The notes beneath the pieces are model-generated. The model had not been told where the DNA came from. It worked only from the letters and a program-made list of their open reading frames with translations, and did no database searches. Below are positions 30,199 to 38,759 of a stretch of 64,000 nt of DNA, piece after piece. How positions within the stretch are numbered: position 1 is the stretch's first letter; each line of letters starts with the position of its first letter. A program made the position numbers and the translations under genes. The stretch comes from Nitrospiria bacterium (GTDB lineage: Bacteria > Nitrospirota > Nitrospiria > Nitrospirales > NS-4), in NCBI GenBank assembly GCA_041490525.1, contig JBGPTH010000014.1, positions 1,983-65,982 on the forward strand, written 5' to 3'.

Positions 30199-31140
30199 AT
30201 GGCCAAAGAAACGGGATCGCGGGCGTTCGTGACCAAGGCGAAGAGTCTGGCCGACGCCGGGAAGTTTGCGGACGCCATCAAAGTTCTCCAGGACGGATTG
30301 AAGCAATACCCGAGCTTTACGAGCGCGCGGGTGCTGCTGGGGGAGATCTATTGGACCTCCGGGGACGTCCCGCTGGCGCGGGTTGAACTTGAGCAGGTCA
30401 CCAAGGCCGTGCCCGACAATTTCGCCGCGCATCGCAGGCTGGCCCTCATTTATCGTGAGGTGGGGGATTATCCCTCGGCGTTGGAGTCCTGCCGGATCGT
30501 CCTCCAGGGCAATCCGCGGGACCAGGAAATGCGGAGCCTGCAAGCGGCGGTCCAGGCCCTGACGGGCTCGAGTGCTCCCTCGGCCGTTTCGGAGGAAGGA
30601 AAGACGGACGCGCTGGCCACGGAGCCCCCTTCCCTCCAGATCCCGATCGAGATGCCCCAAACCTCCATCGATCTGCCGGTGTTCTCCAACGTCGTTCTGG
30701 CGGAGTCCGATGCCCTCGACAGTGAGACCTTGGCGGAACTCTACCTTGTTCAGGGGGAGCGTGAGAAGGGGCTCGCGGTCTACCGCCGGCTGGCGGCCAA
30801 GAGCCCCGGCAACGACCGCCTTCAGGCTCGGGTCGAAGCCCTCGAGACGGAGCCGGCCCAGGACACCGAGGTGGCGAGTGCCCCGGACCGGGCCCCCGAG
30901 CCGGCTCCGCAGGGCCGCGAGGAACCGCAAGGTCGGCCGGAAGCCCCGGCACTGGAAATGGAAGAATCCCCGGCCCCGTCGGCCGCGGAAGACACGGGCG
31001 CGATGCAGAAGCCTCCCCCCGCGGAGAAGCCCCTAGCCCAGGCGCCTCTTCTGGAGACGCCGGCTCAGACCCGGCGGAAGGCGCGGATTCGCCGCCTGGA
31101 AGGATGGCTCCAGGTCGTCCGGGAACGGCGGCGGGCGTGA
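30199..31140 (+). CDS. Tetratricopeptide repeat protein with acidic Pro-rich linker
   Basis: TPR-like helical repeats (ARV.LGEIY, A.H..LA.IY); [10 protein letters not shown] motif. Confidence 0.75.
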   Translation: MAKETGSRAFVTKAKSLADAGKFADAIKVLQDGLKQYPSFTSARVLLGEIYWTSGDVPLARVELEQVTKAVPDNFAAHRRLALIYREVGDYPSALESCRIVLQGNPRDQEMRSLQAAVQALTGSSAPSAVSEEGKTDALATEPPSLQIPIEMPQTSIDLPVFSNVVLAESDALDSETLAELYLVQGEREKGLAVYRRLAAKSPGNDRLQARVEALETEPAQDTEVASAPDRAPEPAPQGREEPQGRPEAPALEMEESPAPSAAEDTGAMQKPPPAEKPLAQAPLLETPAQTRRKARIRRLEGWLQVVRERRRA

Positions 31141-31165
31141 CGATGGATCGCGATGGAGTCGCGGC

Positions 31166-31621
31166 ATGATCAGAATCCTGGTCCTCCACGGACCCAATCT
31201 CAATCTCCTCGGGTCCCGCGAGACGCAGGTGTATGGGACGGCTTCGCTCGAGGCGATCAACAAAGACCTGGAAATTCTGGCCCGGGCGGAAGGCGTGGCG
31301 CTCACGATCCATCAGTCCAATGCCGAGGGCGAGCTGGTGGACTGGATCCAGAAGGCGGACGGGCAGTTCGACGCGCTGGTGATCAATCCCGGCGGGTACA
31401 CCCATACGAGCGTCGCGCTCCGGGACGCGATCGCGGGGGTCGGGATCCCGACCGTGGAGGTGCATCTGTCCAACCTCTATCGGCGGGAGGAATTCAGGCG
31501 GCATTCCTACATTGCCGGGGTCGCGGTCGGCCAGATCTGCGGATTCGGGCCGGACAGTTATCTGTTGGGTCTCCGGGCCGCCATCGCGCACCTCAAATCG
31601 CAGCGCGCGGTCAAGGAATAA
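31166..31621 (+). CDS. aroQ: Type II 3-dehydroquinate dehydratase
   Basis: [33 protein letters not shown]...REEFR. Confidence 0.96.
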   Translation: MIRILVLHGPNLNLLGSRETQVYGTASLEAINKDLEILARAEGVALTIHQSNAEGELVDWIQKADGQFDALVINPGGYTHTSVALRDAIAGVGIPTVEVHLSNLYRREEFRRHSYIAGVAVGQICGFGPDSYLLGLRAAIAHLKSQRAVKE

Positions 31622-31646
31622 TCAGAGGAAACGAAAGGACCGGGAA

Positions 31647-32204
31647 TTGATTACGACATCCGAATTTCGCAACGGGGCCAAGGTCGAATTGGACGGGGAG
31701 CCGTTCACCATCATCGAGTTTCAGCACGTCAAGCCCGGCAAGGGCGGGGCCTTTGTCCGCACCAAATTGAAAAGCCTGAGATCGGGGAACCTCATCGAAC
31801 GGACCTATCGTTCGGGCGAGAAGCTCCCGACGCCCGACCTCGAGGAGCGGACGATGAAATTCCTCTATGCCGCGGGCGACCACTACACCTTCATGGACAC
31901 CGAGAACTACGAGCAGTTGACCTTCGACCGGGCCCTATTGGGCGACGGGTGGGACTTGCTCAAGGAGGACATGACGGTCACGCTGCTTCTGCATGACGGA
32001 ACCCCCATCGGCATGGAGCTTCCCATCTTCGTGGCGCTCACGATCGTCAAGACCGACCCGGGTGTGCGCGGGGACACGGCGTCGGGCGGATCGAAACAGG
32101 CCGTGCTGGAAAGCGGGGCGACCATCAAGGTCCCTCTCTATCTCGGGGAGGGGGTTGTGGTCAAGGTGGACACTCGCACGCGCGAATACGTGGAACGGGC
32201 TTGA
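31647..32204 (+). CDS. efp: Elongation factor P
   Basis: TTG start after AAAGGA; HVKPGKGGAFVR, PGVRGDT, VDTR..EY..R. Confidence 0.96.
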   Translation: MITTSEFRNGAKVELDGEPFTIIEFQHVKPGKGGAFVRTKLKSLRSGNLIERTYRSGEKLPTPDLEERTMKFLYAAGDHYTFMDTENYEQLTFDRALLGDGWDLLKEDMTVTLLLHDGTPIGMELPIFVALTIVKTDPGVRGDTASGGSKQAVLESGATIKVPLYLGEGVVVKVDTRTREYVERA

Positions 32205-32743
32205 TGAAGCCTCGGGCTCCCAAGACGACTTCCAAGGCCAAGGCGGCGGGGCCGAAGCCCGCGCCGGATGCCTTGATCGATCCGAAGGTCTTGCACGAGC
32301 TGGTCGAGATCTTCCAAGCGGCCGGGGTCTCCGATCTCGAGGTGGAGCGGAACGGACTGCGTGTCCGGTTGCGCAGGGAAGAGCCCGGCTCTTCCGCCTT
32401 GGTCAGGGAAGTCACCATGCCGGTGTCCGACGCCGCGCGCGCTTTGTCCCCCTCGGAGGGCCTGGCTGCCGCTCAGGCCCGCGAAGGGCTGGTGACCGTG
32501 ACGTCGCCGATCGTCGGTGTCTTTTACCGTTCGGCTTCTCCCGAGAACGATCCCTACGTCGAAGAGGGCTCCTACGTGAAGAAGGGCCAGGTGCTCTGCA
32601 TCGTCGAGGCTATGAAGCTGATGAACGAGATCGAGTCGGAGACGGACGGGCGGGTCATCAAGCTCCTGGCCGAAAATGCGAAGCCGGTCGAGTACGGCGA
32701 GCCGCTGTTCCTGATTGATCCGAAGGCGGGCCCCGAGGGGTGA
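32201..32743 (+). CDS. accB: Acetyl-CoA carboxylase biotin carboxyl carrier protein
   Basis: SPIVG.FYR, IVEAMKLMNEI biotinylation motif. Confidence 0.96.
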   Translation: MMKPRAPKTTSKAKAAGPKPAPDALIDPKVLHELVEIFQAAGVSDLEVERNGLRVRLRREEPGSSALVREVTMPVSDAARALSPSEGLAAAQAREGLVTVTSPIVGVFYRSASPENDPYVEEGSYVKKGQVLCIVEAMKLMNEIESETDGRVIKLLAENAKPVEYGEPLFLIDPKAGPEG

Positions 32744-32746
32744 ACG

Positions 32747-34096
32747 GTGTTCAAGAAAATCCTCATTGCCAATCGAGGTGAGATCGCGGTCCGGGTCATC
32801 CGCGCGTGCAAGGAGCTCGGTGTTCGCAGCGTGGCCGTCCACTCGGAGGCCGATGCGAACGCCCTTCACGTCCGGCTGGCGGACGAGGCCCTGTGCATCG
32901 GGCCCCCCGACGCCGCCCTGAGCTACCGGAACATCCCCCACATCCTGAGCGCGGCTGAAATCACGGCCTGCGAGGCCATCCACCCGGGCTACGGTTTCCT
33001 GGCCGAAAACGCCCACTTCGCCGAGGTCTGCGAATCCATCGGCATCAAGTTCATCGGCCCCACCTCCCACAGCATCGCGCTCATGGGCGACAAGTCCAAG
33101 GCGCGGGAGATCTTGAGCCGCCAGGGGCTTCCGGTATTGCCCGGCAGCGAGGGGGAGATCGCCAGCGAGCAGGAGGCCGCCGAGGTAGCCTCCAAGATCG
33201 GGTACCCCGTGATCATCAAGGCGTCTGCGGGCGGCGGGGGCCGCGGCATGCGCGTGGTGAACAAGGAGGAGGAACTGGCGCACGCCTTTCAGACCGCGCG
33301 GGCCGAGGCCGCCGCCACCTTCGGCGACCAGGGCGTATACGTGGAGCGGTACTTCCTCGAGCCCCGGCATATCGAAGTCCAGATCCTGGCCGACGAGCGC
33401 GGCCGGACGATTTCGCTCGGCGAGCGGGACTGTTCCGTCCAGCGCCGCTACCAGAAGCTCATCGAGGAGACCCCTTCGCCGGTGGTGGACGACCGCCTGC
33501 GTCGCGAGTTGGGGCGGGTGGCCGTCGAAATCGCGCAGGCTGTCCGCTATCGGAACGCCGGCACCGTGGAATTTCTCCTGGACAAGGATCACCGGTTTTT
33601 CTTCATGGAGATGAACACCCGGATCCAGGTCGAGCATCCCATCACCGAGGAGGTGACCGGGATCGACCTGGTCAAGGAGCAGATCAAGATCGCCGCCGGT
33701 CAGCCGCTGTCCGTGAAGCAGCAGGACGTGAAGCTGAACGGCCACAGCTTTGAGTGCCGGATCAACGCCGAGTGCCCGGACAAGTTCACGCCGTCCCCGG
33801 GGCGGATCACCCGGTTTCACGCGCCGGGCGGGCCGGGGATCCGCGTGGATACGGCGATCGAGACTGGCTGCGAGATCCCGTCCCAATATGATTCCCTCAT
33901 CGCGAAGCTGATCGTGCATGGCCGCTCCCGTGACGAGGCGATGGCCCGGATGCGGCGGGCGCTCGAGGAATGCGTCGTCGAGGGGGTCAAGACCACGATC
34001 CCGTTGCACCGCCGGATCTTTGAGGACCCGGACTTCCAGAAGGGCCGGTTCTCCACGACATTCCTCGAGCGGTTCTGCGCGGTGTATCCCACCTAA
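32747..34096 (+). CDS. accC: Biotin carboxylase
   Basis: [42 protein letters not shown]. Confidence 0.97.
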   Translation: MFKKILIANRGEIAVRVIRACKELGVRSVAVHSEADANALHVRLADEALCIGPPDAALSYRNIPHILSAAEITACEAIHPGYGFLAENAHFAEVCESIGIKFIGPTSHSIALMGDKSKAREILSRQGLPVLPGSEGEIASEQEAAEVASKIGYPVIIKASAGGGGRGMRVVNKEEELAHAFQTARAEAAATFGDQGVYVERYFLEPRHIEVQILADERGRTISLGERDCSVQRRYQKLIEETPSPVVDDRLRRELGRVAVEIAQAVRYRNAGTVEFLLDKDHRFFFMEMNTRIQVEHPITEEVTGIDLVKEQIKIAAGQPLSVKQQDVKLNGHSFECRINAECPDKFTPSPGRITRFHAPGGPGIRVDTAIETGCEIPSQYDSLIAKLIVHGRSRDEAMARMRRALEECVVEGVKTTIPLHRRIFEDPDFQKGRFSTTFLERFCAVYPT

Positions 34097-34108
34097 CCCC
34101 ACGAGGCC

Positions 34109-34780
34109 GTGACCCGCACACACCCGCCCGCCCCGGACGCAGCTCAACGCGTCCTTTTCACGGGAAGACTCTATCTGATCCTCGATCCGTCCGTCGCGGG
34201 TTCCCGCTCTCTGCCTGATCTCGTGGGAATGGCGCTGGCCGCCAAGGTCCGAACCTTTCAGTTGCGGATGAAGACCCCGGAGACGGGTGCCTTCTATGAG
34301 ATGGCGTCCGCGCTCTGTCCGTTGGTGCAGGATGGTGGGGGAGCCTTCATTGTGAACGACCGATGCGATGTGGCCCTGGCCGTGGGGGCTGACGGGGCCC
34401 ATCTGGGCCAGGAGGATCTGCCGCTGGCCGACGCGCGGGCGTTTCTGGGGCGGGAGAAGCTCATCGGCGTCTCGACCCACAATCTGACCCAGGCGCTCGA
34501 GGCCGAGGCCGGGGGCGCGGACTACATTGGCTTCGGCCCGATCTTTCCCACGACGACGAAAGAGAAGCCCGACCCAGTGGTGGGCGTGGCGGGCCTGCGT
34601 GAGGTGCGCGCTCGCGTTCGCATCCCGATCGTGGCCATCGGGGGGATCACCGCGCGCAATACCGCGGAGGTGATGGCCGCCGGCGCCGACGCCGTGGCGG
34701 TCGTCTCGGCAATCCTGGCCGCCGCTGATCCCTCGGCGGCCATTGCGGAGCTGATGAAGGCGATCGAATCCAGGGCTTAG
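34109..34780 (+). CDS. thiE: Thiamine-phosphate synthase
   Basis: QLR.K, IVNDR.DVA, GAHLGQEDL, STH, GP.FPT.TK, AIGGI. Confidence 0.93.
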   Translation: MTRTHPPAPDAAQRVLFTGRLYLILDPSVAGSRSLPDLVGMALAAKVRTFQLRMKTPETGAFYEMASALCPLVQDGGGAFIVNDRCDVALAVGADGAHLGQEDLPLADARAFLGREKLIGVSTHNLTQALEAEAGGADYIGFGPIFPTTTKEKPDPVVGVAGLREVRARVRIPIVAIGGITARNTAEVMAAGADAVAVVSAILAAADPSAAIAELMKAIESRA

Positions 34781-34976
34781 ACGCGGGTCCTGCCGCCGGT
34801 TTCCCCCGCCGGCTTCGGCTGCGAAGACTGGCCTCTAGGCGGCGGGTGGCCCCCTACCAGCGCCACCCGCAAGAAACTCAACCTCCGCTCAAGAAAAAGC
34901 GTGTGGCGGTGAGGCCTTGGGAGGAAGAAAAGGCCTGGCAACTTCCTGAGAGTTGCCAAGCCCCTCTCCTGCTTCA

Positions 34977-36314
34977 TCAGGACTTGATATCACCACTCGG
35001 CAATCCAATATCCACAAGAATTGTAGTTTCTCCAAGTTCCTGCAGCACATTGAACCAAGCGTTCTGGCTCTCTGACAACCTATCATGGGGGCCTTTAACC
35101 TCAGCGAAAGCATGCTCGGTATTCTTCCATATGAAAAGGTCTGGAAGCCCTCGCCGGTTTTCGTTGAAGTTCTTTAATAGTCGATGCATGATTGAAAGCA
35201 GTTGGGATTTGGGCAGGTGTGTGATGACATTCCGAAGATCGTTCAGCGAAAACTTATCCCAGTTTTCGATAGGCCGACATGGCTTCCCGTAATGATCTGA
35301 ATAAGCCTGCTCCAATTCTTGGTTCAGATCAGCAAACTCAAGGACCTTCAAACGTTCGGTTATCAAGCGCTCTCGTTTGGCGAAAAACTCTGGATGGAAA
35401 AAGTCCTGCGGCATGTCCTGCATTTTCGATGGAAAGGGTCCGAACAGTGGCTCCCAGACGCCATCGATTCGAGCAAATATTACATCCCAGAAGAGCAGCG
35501 CCATTAGAGTCCACCAAAGTTGGTTCTCTCCCCATATCCCATCCCACCCTTCACTTCTCAGGTGGTGAAGCGCGACCTGTTCAACAAAGCCCTCAAATTG
35601 ATCGGGCAGTTGAAATTGTGCCTTTCCATGTTCTGTGATCTTTGTAGCGGTAATGCTCATCGTCTGAATTTCTGGATGTTGTGCTGCTGGTATTAACCCT
35701 TGACCTTTGGGAATGGGTGCGGCAGACCTAGACGGGAACAGCAGAAAGAGACGATAGGTTTGCCCATGCCTTTCACGGCGAAGGCGTCCGGCCTTTTCGA
35801 GCCATTGCACCAATGTGCTTGGCCGTCGCCCATCTTCCGTGGCGAGATGCTTCTTGAGATCTGCTTGGAGCACGCCAGGATCACGGGAAACTAAATCCAG
35901 GATCTTATCGACGATATCTGCATCCTTCTCAGCCGTTTCCGCGGCACCTATCCACATCTGAAGTTCCGGGGTCTCCGATAGCGCTTTGCGCAAATCGGCG
36001 ATCCCTCCTCTGTCGCCCATGACAGCCATCAGGGTACTTCCGGTTTCCACTGCAACGGAGTACTGGATGTCGAATCGTCCGTATTCCCGCTTCACTGCTT
36101 CAACAAAAGCCGGAAGGAGGGGATAAGTTCGGCGGGCATATAGGATTGCGGTCCGGTAATCGTGCGCTTTTTGGGCTGCCTCGATCTTTGCGTGGAGCTG
36201 AAAATACTTGTCAACGACGGGGTCATTTTTACCGATTGAATACGAAGGGGGCAATGGGTCCTTTGGACGAAATTCTGGAAGATTCCAGAAGAGGCGTTTC
36301 AAGAAATTGAGCAT
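34977..36314 (-). CDS. VRR-NUC (FAN1-like PD-(D/E)xK nuclease) domain protein with helical and winged-helix-like N-terminal region
   Basis: GIWGEN..W.TL..LLFWD.IF, QDMPQDF, RGLPDL..W, EVKGP.DRLS..Q..W. Confidence 0.8.
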   Translation of the reverse strand: MLNFLKRLFWNLPEFRPKDPLPPSYSIGKNDPVVDKYFQLHAKIEAAQKAHDYRTAILYARRTYPLLPAFVEAVKREYGRFDIQYSVAVETGSTLMAVMGDRGGIADLRKALSETPELQMWIGAAETAEKDADIVDKILDLVSRDPGVLQADLKKHLATEDGRRPSTLVQWLEKAGRLRRERHGQTYRLFLLFPSRSAAPIPKGQGLIPAAQHPEIQTMSITATKITEHGKAQFQLPDQFEGFVEQVALHHLRSEGWDGIWGENQLWWTLMALLFWDVIFARIDGVWEPLFGPFPSKMQDMPQDFFHPEFFAKRERLITERLKVLEFADLNQELEQAYSDHYGKPCRPIENWDKFSLNDLRNVITHLPKSQLLSIMHRLLKNFNENRRGLPDLFIWKNTEHAFAEVKGPHDRLSESQNAWFNVLQELGETTILVDIGLPSGDIKS

Positions 36315-36440
36315 TTTATGGCTGTCTTGTGGGAGGAGAAAAAGATCCGGGAGTCTTTTCCAGATCTTCTAGGCGTTCTTCAGAGACGGTCTGTCGATCA
36401 ATGCCTCCTGGCCAATTTCCCCACACTTTTCCAGCCCCTC

Positions 36441-36491
36441 GTGGCTGCTCACACCCATACCAGCGGCCGTCGGTTCAGGCGCTGGTTAGGC
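36441..36491 (-). repeat. Left part of an integron attC-like site downstream of the HEPN-like gene; right half not recognisable
   Basis: GCCTAAC (RYYYAAC) 13 nt after the TGA, followed by CAGCGCCTGAACCGACGGCCGCTGG. Confidence 0.6.
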
Positions 36492-36504
36492 ATCGACTCG
36501 CTAC

Positions 36505-37149
36505 TCATACTGACGCCGTTGGCGGACAGATTAGAGATTCCATTTCAGCGAGATACTTGTCGTAAGTGTTCCAGCCGAGAGCCACGAGGAGCACCTCGTT
36601 TGCGTAAACGGTGATAGTCGGATTTGACAGTTCGAACGCGAGGTCGGACAGCATTTGTGGGTAGAAGGCGGCAGACAAAGCCTCGAACACCTTCTTGGTG
36701 ATGTCGTGTGGCTCCTCTTCGTCCCAATGGCTGTATTGATTCCTGGCTGCGTAGACGATGAGCCCGACCGGGATACCGTGCCTTTCTCGCCCGATACAGA
36801 AAGGAATAGCGGACTTGTTTGAAGACCGAACCACACCTTGGCAGCTCGAAGGTATCAAGTCGTTTCGCGAAAAGAGTCTGATAGCCATGTAAGCCACTTG
36901 GAGTATCGCACCAGCAAACATGGCCTCTGAAAACTTTAAACTAAAGTACTTGCCAGCCAGCTCCAGGTACCTGTGTAGGGCTGCATTTCTATCCGGCGTC
37001 ATAGGTTGGCAGATTTGGCTGATATCCCAATGTTCGAGGGCCTGCTGATAATACGACCAGCAAGAGTCCAAGCCGGCGTAGAGATGTCTCACGGCGTGCT
37101 CGGTATCTCGAAAGTATTCCTCGGGAGTCTTTAGCGCCGTGACCTTCAT
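36505..37149 (-). CDS. Hypothetical protein with HEPN-like R-x4-H motif, in gene-cassette context
   Basis: ARNQYSH in a mainly helical protein; foreign composition. Confidence 0.6.
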   Translation of the reverse strand: MKVTALKTPEEYFRDTEHAVRHLYAGLDSCWSYYQQALEHWDISQICQPMTPDRNAALHRYLELAGKYFSLKFSEAMFAGAILQVAYMAIRLFSRNDLIPSSCQGVVRSSNKSAIPFCIGRERHGIPVGLIVYAARNQYSHWDEEEPHDITKKVFEALSAAFYPQMLSDLAFELSNPTITVYANEVLLVALGWNTYDKYLAEMESLICPPTASV

Positions 37150-37158
37150 TTGTCGTAT

Positions 37159-37190
37159 GCCTAACTAGAAATTGGCAGAACTGTCTCGCT
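37159..37190 (-). repeat. attC-like right end (core site GTTAGGC) 9 nt upstream of the HEPN-like gene start
   Basis: Minus strand AGTTCTGCCAATTTCTA-GTTAGGC-ATACGACAA-ATG. Confidence 0.6.
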
Positions 37191-37427
37191 ACCTCATACC
37201 CTGTGATCCGATAGCCTATCTCATGGCCTCCATATTGGGAGGCTGAATTGAAAACAGGCTACTTTTTGCGTGGAGGTGTGTCAACTTAATACCATAGGTC
37301 AATCACCAGGTGGCAAGACCCAGAGCGAACTTCACTCATTCTCTAAGGTATGGTGGGACTTGGGTCGCGAATCGCGGAAACTCCCCTCGCCCTCTCCCCT
37401 GAAGCACGGGCGAGGAGTTTGTGGGGG

Positions 37428-37460
37428 GCTAGCGCTTACGCTTGGTTTTCGCTTTCGGTT
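37428..37460 (-). pseudogene. Relic copy of the lpxD 3' end (PKAKTKRKR-stop)
   Basis: 30/33 nt identical to 38759..38791. Confidence 0.75.
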
Positions 37461-37545
37461 CGGGCAAAATCAGCTTGCAACAGTTAGGCCCGGTATTCCA
37501 ATTTTGGATCCACTGTGAGGTAGCTCGAAAAAGGAGGTCAGGAAA

Positions 37546-37875
37546 ATGTCGAGGAGATATATTTCCTTGGGTGGTATGATCTTCGTTGCAATAATGGCTG
37601 CTGGATTTGCCGAACAGCTGACTGCGGAGGAAACGTTATTGGAGGGATTTTTCATCACCAAAGAAATTCGTTTCGATGAAAGCATAGGGGAACGAAAGCC
37701 AACACCTCAAATTCCCAAAAGTTGGCAATTCGTCGGTGTTAGTAACGGAGAAAAGATTAATAGCAACAACCTTTGGTTTCAGGATAAGGATGGCAATATC
37801 TATTTGATACAAGGGTTCAATAGTTACGGGCAGTTTATCGTTAGAGAGGGTATACAGAAATTGAAGGCAAAATAA
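37546..37875 (+). CDS. Small secreted hypothetical protein
   Basis: AGGAGG upstream; signal-peptide-like N-terminus; AT-rich. Confidence 0.6.
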   Translation: MSRRYISLGGMIFVAIMAAGFAEQLTAEETLLEGFFITKEIRFDESIGERKPTPQIPKSWQFVGVSNGEKINSNNLWFQDKDGNIYLIQGFNSYGQFIVREGIQKLKAK

Positions 37876-38143
37876 TGGACCAGCTCCTTCCAACCTGTCT
37901 TCCACTTGGTATCTGTGGGGGTATGGAGCACGTCCCAATAATTACCCTATCATTTTGATCTGATTTTCCAAGGGACCTCCGCTACGCGGAATTGCTTGCG
38001 TGGGACGTTATACCTGCACAACGGAAATGTCTAGTCGCGATAGGAGCGGGTGGCACCGAGCGGGTGCCCTGGTCGCCTGGAGCCGAAAGGCTGAAGCCTA
38101 ATGGGGGAAGGGATGTATAAGGACCCGCGTTCAGGAAGGTGCG

Positions 38144-38209
38144 CCCTTCGACAAGCTCAGGGAAAGCGGAAACCCCTCACCCTAACCCTCTCCCGCAAGT
38201 GGCGAGGGG
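38144..38209. repeat. Two adjacent REP-like elements (CCCTTCGACAAGCTCAGGG and CCCCTCACCCTAACCCTCTCCC-GCAA-GTGGCGAGGGG)
   Basis: Resemble common intergenic stem-loop repeat families; a related element lies at 37383..37417. Confidence 0.55.
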
Positions 38210-38247
38210 AAAAGCGAGACTTTTCGCTACGCTCAGCGTGACAACTA

Positions 38248-38523
38248 TTAGCGGGTGGCGCCCTGATGGCTGGCGATGACCGCGAGAAAAGTCAGCAACA
38301 TTCCCGTAACCTGCCCCTTCTTCTTGTCGGAAGCCTTCTGATCGCTTGCCGGAGGAACCTTCGCTTCCTTAGTTTCAGGGGTATTGAGGGGTGCTGTCGC
38401 CTCGATCTTTGGCTGAGGCGCGGTCGGCTCAGGTGTAGCGGTCAAGGCCGTCGAAGCCATGACGAGTGTCGTGGCAAGCGTCACGACGAAGGCGAGAATT
38501 CCACTCTTCCTCTTAGCAGCCAT
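38248..38523 (-). CDS. Small exported Pro/Ala/Lys-rich protein with C-terminal hydrophobic segment
   Basis: GGAAGGAG upstream of ATG; signal peptide; KKKGQVTGMLLTFLAVIA tail. Confidence 0.55.
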   Translation of the reverse strand: MAAKRKSGILAFVVTLATTLVMASTALTATPEPTAPQPKIEATAPLNTPETKEAKVPPASDQKASDKKKGQVTGMLLTFLAVIASHQGATR

Positions 38524-38759
38524 CGCACACTCCTTCCATTAGGAAGTTTCGCGTCTGAAGTCCTAAATCGTGGAGTGTGCAAACTCCGCGCCGTTGCAAA
38601 GGGCGTGTAACTCTATGGAACGAAAGGGCCTGGTGTCAAGAACAGCCGGCCTATGACGGGGGACAGGTGTGTCATAAACCCTATTAGTGAAGGCTTTTTA
38701 ACGCTTCCAACGCTTCGATGTTGCTTAGGGTTTTGGTTTGCTGCGGAGGGCAGGAGGAG

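Larger units (their letters stand above)
34781..38759. other. Accessory island 1 between convergent thiE and lpxD (no integrase present)
   Basis: Visibly AT-richer than flanks; non-housekeeping ORFs; attC-like half sites, REP-like hairpins, relic of lpxD 3' end. Confidence 0.75.

Noticed and set aside
32138-34480. 780-aa minus-strand ORF
   Set aside because: Antisense to accB/accC/thiE, which have clear family motifs.
34777-34977. 66-aa minus ORF after thiE with QPKP similarity to the LpxD tail
   Set aside because: Only ~10 nt of match in GC-rich sequence; not enough for a gene or a second relic.
38043-38075. GAGCGGGTG tandem resembling the 3' end of the 38248..38523 gene
   Set aside because: Match is short and frame-inconsistent; could be chance.
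34781-38759. Complete integron or IS element in island 1
   Set aside because: No tyrosine recombinase or transposase ORF, and no complete attC with both arms; only half sites are supported.
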